Origin: an uncultured archaeon
GTDB lineage: Archaea; Asgardarchaeota; Lokiarchaeia; Sigyniarchaeales; SOKP01
DNA length: 64,000 bases
Assembly: GCA_964508365.1 (NCBI GenBank)
Contig: CAZDTP010000001.1
Location: forward strand, 64,001 to 128,000
Direction of reading: 5' to 3'
The notes below the pieces were generated by a model, which saw only the letters and a list, made by a program, of their open reading frames with translations, was not told the origin of the DNA and did no database searches. Position numbers and translations under genes: made by a program. The number at the start of each line of letters is the position of its first letter. The stretch's first letter is position 1. Below, one piece after another: positions 1-8,126 of this stretch.

Positions 1-1
1 A

Positions 2-781
2 TATAACGAGCTAGATTATAATAGAAGACAACATTACACGAGCGTATTGAAACATCTACTAACTGAATTTGGAATAGAGAATATAGTAGAACGAATAAAT
101 CAAAAGTTTAATTCAATTTACGATGTAATGGAAGACTTATATCATAAAAAGAGCGACGAAAACCAAGAAAGAACTGAAAGAGGATTAAATTTATTAAATT
201 TACTTTTTGGAGCAGGAATCTTAGCCGATTTAGTGGGTGTTATTATGATTTGGCTAAATTTACAACAGGAAAATCTATTTACATCAATATTAAATGGTTC
301 GATAGCAATTATAATTATAGGAATACTGGTAGCAACAATAGGATATTATCTGAACAACCGTATACAAATTAAAAAGGCTGAAATTGGAAAAACAGTTGAC
401 GCTGTAATTGAGGATAACGCAGGAAATGTAATTTTAATAAAAAGAAAATATCCTCCCTTTCAAGACTATTATGCATTACCAGGAGGTTTTATAGAAAAAG
501 GAGAAAGTGCGATTAAAGCGTTAGTTAGAGAAGTCAAGGAAGAAACTAATTTAGATGTGAAAATTCTACATAAAATTGGCCTATACACTGAAGAAGGACG
601 AGATCCCAGAGGCGATATACATTCTACAGCTTATAAATGTTCAATTATTGGAGATATCACAAAAATGAGAAGTGGCGATGATTCTAAAAAAGTAGAGCTT
701 TTACCTAAAAACCAGCTTAAGGACATTGAATTAGCATTCGATCACAAAAAAATATTAGAAGATGCTAATTTACTGAATTAA
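2..781 (+). CDS. Nudix hydrolase with N-terminal transmembrane segments (5'-partial; frame open from position 2)
   Basis: Nudix box ALPGGFIEKGESAIKALVREVKEETNL, preceded by two hydrophobic helices. No stop codon between base 2 and the TTG at 47. Confidence 0.85.
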   Translation, partial: YNELDYNRRQHYTSVLKHLLTEFGIENIVERINQKFNSIYDVMEDLYHKKSDENQERTERGLNLLNLLFGAGILADLVGVIMIWLNLQQENLFTSILNGSIAIIIIGILVATIGYYLNNRIQIKKAEIGKTVDAVIEDNAGNVILIKRKYPPFQDYYALPGGFIEKGESAIKALVREVKEETNLDVKILHKIGLYTEEGRDPRGDIHSTAYKCSIIGDITKMRSGDDSKKVELLPKNQLKDIELAFDHKKILEDANLLN

Positions 782-862
782 CTTACTTTAATTAATTTTT
801 TTTATTCAATAAATTTAAAATTTAACCCCTACTTCTTAATTTTTAAAAAACGGAATTTTGGA

Positions 863-1414
863 ATGGATATCATGACAATTATAATGCCTTCTCCGAAAAC
901 GGGAAAAAAACCTCAAATCCATGAAACTGCTTACATCGCTCCAACAGCAGTTATAATAGGGGATGTTACAATTGGAGAAAGAAGCAATATCTGGTTCGGA
1001 GCTGTTCTAAGGGGAGATTGGGGAACAATAATTATCGGTGACAATACCAGCATTCAAGAAAATGTAACTATTCATAACGAAATAGGTTCTACAGTAAACA
1101 TAGGCAATGATTGTATCATTGGTCATCACGCCATGATTCATGGGCCGTGCACTATTGGAAACGGGTGTCTGGTTGGAATAGGCGCTAATGTATTACATAG
1201 ATCCAAAATGGGAGATGGAGCCGTTCTAGGCGCAGGTGGTGTGTTAATAGGTAAGGAAATACCCCAAAGAAATTTAGCTGTAGGCGTTCCAGCTGTAGTT
1301 AAGAAGCAATTACATCAAACTGGTAAGATGGAAGGAGTAAAGGCATCCAGGGGGTATGTTGAAAACGGAAAGCTGTTCAAAGAGTTTTTTGAAAAGAATT
1401 CTGAATATTCATAA
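863..1414 (+). CDS. Gamma carbonic anhydrase family (hexapeptide repeat) protein
   Basis: IIGDVTIGERSNIWFGAVLRGD, NTSIQENVTIH and IGHHAMIHG motifs with the three His ligands. Confidence 0.9.
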   Translation: MDIMTIIMPSPKTGKKPQIHETAYIAPTAVIIGDVTIGERSNIWFGAVLRGDWGTIIIGDNTSIQENVTIHNEIGSTVNIGNDCIIGHHAMIHGPCTIGNGCLVGIGANVLHRSKMGDGAVLGAGGVLIGKEIPQRNLAVGVPAVVKKQLHQTGKMEGVKASRGYVENGKLFKEFFEKNSEYS

Positions 1415-1566
1415 TTCTAAAAATCTTTTTTTTTAATTCTTTGTTTTAGATCTAATTACTATCATGATATTATAATGGTTTTATTAAAACTCTCTAAAAT
1501 ATTTATATAAGATTATATACATTAGATACATAAAGAAATCTTAAAACATAACACAAAAAAAAGAGC

Positions 1567-2097
1567 TTGAAGAAAATGAATTTTATAAAAACTTTCGTCG
1601 TAACACTCATAATTTATTTAGGATTAAACACAGTATTTGCATTATTTGCGGTATTTACAATACCCGGTTTTCCAACAACAGACATTATGCTTATTATAAC
1701 TATGATTTTCGCCCCTATTTTCACTTTTCCAGGCGACGCATGGACCACCAGTGGAATTCTTCCATTGCTAACGACCACCGATATTTTAACTGATTTAATG
1801 ACTTTTCTAGGATTGTTCCTCCCTTCTTTAATCGCAGTCATTGTTGCATCATTTCTGGGAGAGTCAAATAAGACCGCTTTTGGAGCCTGGTTAACTACGG
1901 CTTTATTATCAGCAGTAGTATATTCTATTCTTCTTGGAATAGGACAACTTTATTCTTCGTCCCTAGCGATCGATTGGTTTGGAAAAGTAGCAACTTATGG
2001 CGAATTAGGAACAATCCTCGTAATCTTTATTGCAGGGATTGTGAATGGCTTATTCTATGGTTGTGTGGCTTACATCATCGCAAAAGCAGGAATCTAA
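1567..2097 (+). CDS. Hypothetical integral membrane protein (about 4-5 TM helices)
   Basis: 176-aa hydrophobic ORF; no family recognised. Start may be the ATG at 1576. Confidence 0.7.
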   Translation: MKKMNFIKTFVVTLIIYLGLNTVFALFAVFTIPGFPTTDIMLIITMIFAPIFTFPGDAWTTSGILPLLTTTDILTDLMTFLGLFLPSLIAVIVASFLGESNKTAFGAWLTTALLSAVVYSILLGIGQLYSSSLAIDWFGKVATYGELGTILVIFIAGIVNGLFYGCVAYIIAKAGI

Positions 2098-2144
2098 AAT
2101 TAAAAAAAAAAAGTTCTTAAATTTTACTATTTTTTTATTTATAC

Positions 2145-2885
2145 TTATTTTGAACAAAAGCAATCAGGATTTTTTACAATATCAATAGTGTTAAACATTA
2201 AATTTAGCAGATTAACCATAAGTAACTTATTTTCTAGATTAGGCAACCCCAATGATGTTTTAATAACCTCCAAAGCCTCCAAAGTACCCAATATTCCCGG
2301 AGTTACTCCAATCACTGGGAGAGGTCCTTCTTTAGAATCATTAATTTCAGGTTTATTAAAAACACATTCATAACAAGCAGTTTTTTTTGGATCTATGGTA
2401 ATTATCTGACCGTAAAAGTCTTTAATGCCCGCTATGACTGCTTTAATACCATAATTCACCGCTACTTCGTTCACAAGAAATTTAGTTTTAAAATTATCGC
2501 TACAATCAACTATAAAGTCTTTGTTTTCTATATACTTCACGACAGAATTTTCATCTACATATTCACTAAAAACATTAATTTCAACATCAGAATTTAATGT
2601 AGCTAAACTTTCCTTAGCAGCAAGCACTTTTTCTCTTCCAATTTGAGATTCTTTATATAAAATTTGCCTTTGAAGATTGGATATCGAGAGAGTGTCATTA
2701 TCTAAGATGGTTAATTCTTTTATACCTGCTGCTACAAGATAAAGTGCAAAAGGGGATCCTAATCCTCCAGCACCTATTTGTAAGACTCTAATTTTTGATA
2801 GCTTCTCTTGACCCTCTTCACCTATAGAGGGCGACAAGATTTGCCTGGAGTATCTTTTCTTTTGAGCTTCAGTAAGAATTTTCAT
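2145..2885 (-). CDS. HesA/MoeB/ThiF family (E1-like) adenylyltransferase
   Basis: RYSRQI, GAGGLG, SNLQRQILY, DCSDNF and two CxxC zinc motifs (CYEC, CFC). Confidence 0.92.
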   Translation of the reverse strand: MKILTEAQKKRYSRQILSPSIGEEGQEKLSKIRVLQIGAGGLGSPFALYLVAAGIKELTILDNDTLSISNLQRQILYKESQIGREKVLAAKESLATLNSDVEINVFSEYVDENSVVKYIENKDFIVDCSDNFKTKFLVNEVAVNYGIKAVIAGIKDFYGQIITIDPKKTACYECVFNKPEINDSKEGPLPVIGVTPGILGTLEALEVIKTSLGLPNLENKLLMVNLLNLMFNTIDIVKNPDCFCSK

Positions 2886-3259
2886 TCAACCTCTAAAAAT
2901 TTTTGAATAAATTTTATTAATTCTTCAACTTCAATTAAAATTATTCCCAAGTCAATATTCAACTCAAATAAGGTAATAAAAATTAATTCTTTATTAATTG
3001 CGTAAATAATTAGTTGTTCCTCATCAAATTCTACAGTTAAATTAACGACATTATCCTTAAATGTTGTTCCCGCGGTTTCCATTGCCTCAAACATGGTAGC
3101 TGCCATAGCACCAAATTTACGATCGTCTATGTGCCTTGGTAATCTAGAAATTAAAATCAATCCATTTCGATTTACGATAGCAGTCCCACTTATTCCATTG
3201 ACTAAATCTAATTTATCTAATTCTTTTGTTATAGTGCTATTTTTTAGTGCTTCAATCAT
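2882..3259 (-). CDS. Roadblock/LC7 domain protein
   Basis: GISGTAIVNRNGLILISRLP...KFGAMAATMFEAME pattern; 125 aa; stop overlaps the start of the ThiF gene by 4 nt. Confidence 0.88.
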   Translation of the reverse strand: MIEALKNSTITKELDKLDLVNGISGTAIVNRNGLILISRLPRHIDDRKFGAMAATMFEAMETAGTTFKDNVVNLTVEFDEEQLIIYAINKELIFITLFELNIDLGIILIEVEELIKFIQKFLEVE

Positions 3260-3448
3260 TTTTTTAGGATTTATGGCATATTAAAAAAGTAATTTAATAT
3301 TACGAAGTAATTGAATACTATATAAAAATATGTGTTCCTTTTAATTTCCTAGAAATTTAACCTTAGATAACTGTTAAATAATATTTAATTTGAATATATA
3401 ATAACTTCGAGTCAATAAAACATCATAACCTAGATATAATTTAAAAAC

Positions 3449-4921
3449 ATGGATCTAAAGAAAAAAAATGTAATTTGGTTTGTATTTTATCTACTAAATT
3501 CCATATTATTGATATTTTGGGGAACTTTAATCTTCTGGTTGATAAAAAGCCACATCATATGGGATCCCTTAATGTTTTTACTAATCTTTATACCCCTTCT
3601 TTTTCTAATAATAATTCCGCTATATTTCTTTATTAAATCTATCGTTAAAATAGCTAGGAATTTTAAAATACAAGAAAGGCTTAAATTTTCGAAGAAATGT
3701 CTTATAGCTTCCTTCTTTATAGCATTCTTCGTTTGGTCTCTTTCTATATTAGCATTCGTTTTATACTTTTTTCCAAATGCACAATTATACAATTATGACG
3801 ATGGACCTTACTTATTATGGAACGATAATCCAAAAACAACAATGACAATTATCTGGCATACGAAAAATCCTAGCGAATCGGTATTAGAATTTGGCGAAAG
3901 TATTGGAGATATGGAAATATTTCGAATATCCGCCTTAGAAAAAAGACATATAGTAAAACTTCGGAATTTAAAAGCTGGAACATTATACCATTATAAAATA
4001 ACCGATTTTTCAGCTGTTATTTACAATTTTACTACCGCCCCCTCGGCAATAACTCCTTTTAATTTTACTGCAATAAGCGATACACATGCGGGTCTAGACC
4101 CAAGCGAATACGGGGCTGTCATCGATGCAATGACGCTGTATCAATATGATTTTATTATAAACGCTGGGGATGTTGGCCCCTTCTATGGCGAAGAATTAGA
4201 CGGATGGCACGTGTTCTTTAATCACATGGAAAGGCACGCTTCCACAAGCCCATACATGGTTGCTATTGGAAATCATGAATATGGTTTTGATATATTTGCT
4301 CGGAATTTCAAATATTTTTTTCCTTATAACTATGTTGAGGATTGGGGTCATTATTACAGTTTTGACTATTCAAACGCTCATTTTATCATGATTGATGTTT
4401 TTCAAAATCAACTCGATTGGGGCGGATTTCTATTAGAAGCTCAAGAAGCGTGGCTTAGTCAAGACTTAGCGCTAAATAAAGATAAATGGCTTTTTGTTGT
4501 TCTTCACGCGCCACTTTATAGTACTGGAGATTATAACATGAATTTAAAGTTATCTAACCAATTAGCTCCAATTTTTTACGAAAATCAAGTAGATGTAGTA
4601 TTATCAGGTCACGACCACCATTACGAAGCTTTTTGGACTAATCGCACTGAAAGCTGGGGAGGCACATACTTTTTTGTAACTGGTGGCGGTGGAGGAGACC
4701 TCGACGATTTTATTATGTATCGAGATCGAAATCCCTGGAAAAGCTGGTGGCATAATGCGTCCATTGAAGCATATCAAAACGATTATAATACTCGCAATAA
4801 TCAAATTTATGGAGAATTGACTCATCACTTTATGCATTTTGAATTAAACGGAACTAATTTACATGTTAAGGCAATAAGAGAGAACGGTAGCTTAATCCAA
4901 GAATTCTTTATAACAAAATAA
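3449..4921 (+). CDS. Membrane-anchored metallophosphoesterase (purple acid phosphatase-like)
   Basis: N-terminal TM helices, FN3-like region, and DTH, GD, GNHE, H and GHDH metallophosphatase motifs. Confidence 0.88.
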   Translation: MDLKKKNVIWFVFYLLNSILLIFWGTLIFWLIKSHIIWDPLMFLLIFIPLLFLIIIPLYFFIKSIVKIARNFKIQERLKFSKKCLIASFFIAFFVWSLSILAFVLYFFPNAQLYNYDDGPYLLWNDNPKTTMTIIWHTKNPSESVLEFGESIGDMEIFRISALEKRHIVKLRNLKAGTLYHYKITDFSAVIYNFTTAPSAITPFNFTAISDTHAGLDPSEYGAVIDAMTLYQYDFIINAGDVGPFYGEELDGWHVFFNHMERHASTSPYMVAIGNHEYGFDIFARNFKYFFPYNYVEDWGHYYSFDYSNAHFIMIDVFQNQLDWGGFLLEAQEAWLSQDLALNKDKWLFVVLHAPLYSTGDYNMNLKLSNQLAPIFYENQVDVVLSGHDHHYEAFWTNRTESWGGTYFFVTGGGGGDLDDFIMYRDRNPWKSWWHNASIEAYQNDYNTRNNQIYGELTHHFMHFELNGTNLHVKAIRENGSLIQEFFITK

Positions 4922-4985
4922 AATTTTATAAACTTGCTATAAGTTCTTTTATAAAAGGAGATTAACGCACCAAACTAAAAGATAT

Positions 4986-5195
4986 TTAAGCGTGAAAGCC
5001 TTTAGTCTTGTTAAAAGCTCGATATCTAGTCCTCCAACTTGGTTGACGCATTTTGGCAGTTCTTCCGAATCCACATTGAGCACAGAACCTTTTACTTCTA
5101 TGATAACTATGCCTCCCACATCTTCTACATGTTTTATGACTTGCTGCTTTATTCTTTTTTCCCTTACTAGGAGTTCCTTTACCCACTTTTGCCAC
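4986..5195 (-). CDS. rpl37e: 50S ribosomal protein L37e
   Basis: KGTPSKGKKNK...CRRCGRHSYH...CAQCGFG zinc finger; downstream of an Sm gene, as is typical in archaea. Confidence 0.97.
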   Translation of the reverse strand: MAKVGKGTPSKGKKNKAASHKTCRRCGRHSYHRSKRFCAQCGFGRTAKMRQPSWRTRYRAFNKTKGFHA

Positions 5196-5206
5196 CTATT
5201 ATCGTT

Positions 5207-5530
5207 TTAACTAAATTCAGATTCTTTTCGATGCATTAATTTATCATGCAATTCTTCATCACTTTCAGCTTCAGCGAACATAATTTTCTCTCTACCTTGC
5301 CCAATGAATATTATTGAAGCGCCTCTGATCATTACGGTTCCGATATCTTTGCTTCTTTTTCCACCGCGGCCAAAATATATTTCTTTCGCGTTTTCTACAA
5401 TTAAATTCATATAGGAGTCGAATCTAATTAACTTGCCTGTTAAGTACGTGTTCCAAATTTTCAACTTGATTCGAACCTTTGGTTTTAATATCGCTTTACT
5501 TAAAGTTCTTGAGATTGTCGGTTGACTCAT
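5207..5530 (-). CDS. Sm-like (LSm/SmAP) protein with C-terminal extension
   Basis: Sm1 (GKLIRFDSYMNLIVENAKE) and Sm2 (GTVMIRGASIIFI) motifs; adjacent to rpl37e. ATG at 5530 preferred over the track start at 5539. Confidence 0.88.
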   Translation of the reverse strand: MSQPTISRTLSKAILKPKVRIKLKIWNTYLTGKLIRFDSYMNLIVENAKEIYFGRGGKRSKDIGTVMIRGASIIFIGQGREKIMFAEAESDEELHDKLMHRKESEFS

Positions 5531-5646
5531 AGAAAACACTCGTTAAAATCATAAATAATATTCTATAAAATGATTGGAAAATATAAATATTTTTTTATTT
5601 GTAAGTATTTAGTAGCAGTAGTAGAATAATTGATTAATCAAATTTT

Positions 5647-6693
5647 TTGAAAAAAATGAAGAAAATAGGAATTTTTGATAGTGGCGTTGACACACCAGAA
5701 GAAATTATACTCGCAGCCGGATTCACTCCATACAGGTTGTTTGGAGATCCTGAAATCGAACCCGACAAGGCAAATGAGCATATTCCTCCTACTCACTGTT
5801 TATGGACTAGAAATCTATTAGAGCTTGCGATTAAAGGGCTTAATAGTGATATTGTTGGGATTATAACGACTCATGGATGTGATCGTACGAATCGCGAATT
5901 CGATATATGGATTGAGTGTGTTAATGTTGATTTTATGTATTTTCTAAACTCACCAAGAAAGTTAGATTCAGCAGCTTTAAAGTTCTTTATTGACGATCTT
6001 AATGAACTCATAATTCAACTTGAGGAACACTTCAGAATCAAGATAACTAAAGAGCTTCTGCGAGAAAGCATAAAAAAAATGAATATAATTCGTAAATTGT
6101 TAAGGGAAATTTCAAAATATCGGAAGCAAATGATTTTATCTGGCTCAGAATTCCACGAGATTGTTAAAAAAGTCCAAATCTCAAATAAGGATGACGCAAT
6201 AGCTCTTCTAAAGGTTAAACAGGAAGAATTAAGGGAGAGACAACCTTTTTCAAAAAAAAATTACAAAAAGATATTATTGACTGGCTCAGATCTTGATGAC
6301 ACAGAGTTTATTAGATTTATTGAAAGTTTAGGTTTTCAAGTAATAATTGACGATCTTGGTGTTGGTACAAAATATTTTTGGGATAATGTTGATGAAACCG
6401 GAGATCCAATAGAAAAAATAGCAAAATACCACATTAACAAGCCAATACATTCTACAAAGTTTCCATCCTACAAAAGGTTTGAAGTTCTGAGTAGATTAGC
6501 AACTGATTATAAAGTTGATGGCGTTATTAATATCGCTCAAAAATTTTGCGAGCCAGTTTTATACGATCATCCATATTTAAAAAAAAAATTTAAAGAACTC
6601 GAAATTCCGTATTTATTTGTTGAAGTAACATATAACAGAGAATCATATAAACAATTATCCACCAGATTTTCAGCTTTTGCTGAAATAATCTAA
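5647..6693 (+). CDS. 2-hydroxyacyl-CoA dehydratase / benzoyl-CoA reductase-type subunit (HgdB/BcrC-like)
   Basis: THGCD, VIIDDL and VDGVINIAQKFCEP motifs of the HGD-D family. Confidence 0.85.
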   Translation: MKKMKKIGIFDSGVDTPEEIILAAGFTPYRLFGDPEIEPDKANEHIPPTHCLWTRNLLELAIKGLNSDIVGIITTHGCDRTNREFDIWIECVNVDFMYFLNSPRKLDSAALKFFIDDLNELIIQLEEHFRIKITKELLRESIKKMNIIRKLLREISKYRKQMILSGSEFHEIVKKVQISNKDDAIALLKVKQEELRERQPFSKKNYKKILLTGSDLDDTEFIRFIESLGFQVIIDDLGVGTKYFWDNVDETGDPIEKIAKYHINKPIHSTKFPSYKRFEVLSRLATDYKVDGVINIAQKFCEPVLYDHPYLKKKFKELEIPYLFVEVTYNRESYKQLSTRFSAFAEII

Positions 6694-6703
6694 AGGTGAT
6701 TAA

Positions 6704-7966
6704 ATGTCAAAAGTTGAAAAAACGCACAATAAAATGTTGAATGCTACACAAGGGTTAAAAAATATTATGGGTAGACATTTTTTAGCAATTGAACAAGCTT
6801 ATAGAGATGGCAAACCGACTGCGTGGGCTACATCTGGTAGTCCCGTCGAAATGCTCTATGCAATGGATGTACAACCAATGCTCCCAGAAAATAGTGCAAC
6901 GGTGAGTGCTGCTCAGAAGTTTTCTCAAAAGTTCATAGAAATCGCCGAATCGCAAGGTTTCTCGTACGATTTATGTTCTTATTTTAAGACTAATATTGGG
7001 GCTGTGGAAAGCAATGCTGGAATGATAGAAGGTGGTACCAGAAAGCCCACATTTATGCTTTCAACTGATGTTATCTGTGATACACATGTTAACTGGTTTC
7101 AAGTTCAGGCTGAAAGAATGAATGTCCCTCACTTCACTATTGATGTTCCACATGTCGTTAGTAATACAAACAATAGACAACTAAATTACTTTAAAAAATA
7201 TATTTCAGAGCAATTATACGAACTTGTAGATTTCATGGAGGAGGTTACAGGACACGAATATAATGAGGAAAAAGCGAGAAAAGTATCGGAAAATTCATGG
7301 AATCTTAGCATGGTATGGCAGGACATTTACGAGTTGAGGAAAAATGTTCCATGCCCGATTTCGACGCGTGACACCTTCGGTGGATTGTTTCCCCTCTTTT
7401 GCATGCCCGGATTGAAGGCTCCCATAAAATTATACAAGAGAATGTATAAAGAAGCGAAGGAGCGCGTAGATAACGGGATTGGAGCTCTTGAAAAAGAGGA
7501 ATTCCGATTAATGTTCGAAGGGATTCCTTTCTGGTATAACTTGAAGTACTTCAGTAAATTGGAGAAGTATGGAGCCATTATTGTGTACGAACCCTACACG
7601 TATGCATTTAGCAAATACATGAATCCGAATGTTACAAAAGAAATGGTTCTCAATAAACCGATAGAAGCAATGTCAGAACTAATGATGAGTTTTTGGTATG
7701 TTTATGATCTTGAAACCAGAATAAAAAAATTCGCTGAAACGGTTAAAGATTGGAAGATCGATGGTGTTTTATTACATGAAAATATGTCTTGCCGACCTAA
7801 CTCTTGTGGGTTATATGATCTAAAGAAACATTTAATGGAAGATTATGACATCCCATGCTTGGTAATAAATGCAGATATGAACGATCCAAGGAAATTAAAC
7901 GAAGTACAGGTTTCTAATCAAATAGAAAGCTTCATAGAAATTTTACGGCAAAGAAAGAAGAAATAG
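6704..7966 (+). CDS. 2-hydroxyacyl-CoA dehydratase / benzoyl-CoA reductase-type subunit (HgdA/BcrB-like)
   Basis: PEN, DLCSY, ICDTH and IDGVLLHENMSC motifs; GGTGA ribosome-binding site upstream of the ATG. Confidence 0.87.
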   Translation: MSKVEKTHNKMLNATQGLKNIMGRHFLAIEQAYRDGKPTAWATSGSPVEMLYAMDVQPMLPENSATVSAAQKFSQKFIEIAESQGFSYDLCSYFKTNIGAVESNAGMIEGGTRKPTFMLSTDVICDTHVNWFQVQAERMNVPHFTIDVPHVVSNTNNRQLNYFKKYISEQLYELVDFMEEVTGHEYNEEKARKVSENSWNLSMVWQDIYELRKNVPCPISTRDTFGGLFPLFCMPGLKAPIKLYKRMYKEAKERVDNGIGALEKEEFRLMFEGIPFWYNLKYFSKLEKYGAIIVYEPYTYAFSKYMNPNVTKEMVLNKPIEAMSELMMSFWYVYDLETRIKKFAETVKDWKIDGVLLHENMSCRPNSCGLYDLKKHLMEDYDIPCLVINADMNDPRKLNEVQVSNQIESFIEILRQRKKK

Positions 7967-8126
7967 AGATTAACTAGTAATTTACAAATTCAGTAATCTA
8001 TAGCTTTTAAAGTTAAGAATATTTATTTAAAATTAATTACAATATGCCTAACTGTTTATTTAGGATTCGTGAAATAACCATATTTCATTTAATTAATAAG
8101 AGAAGTATTTTAAGCTGTGGTAAAAA

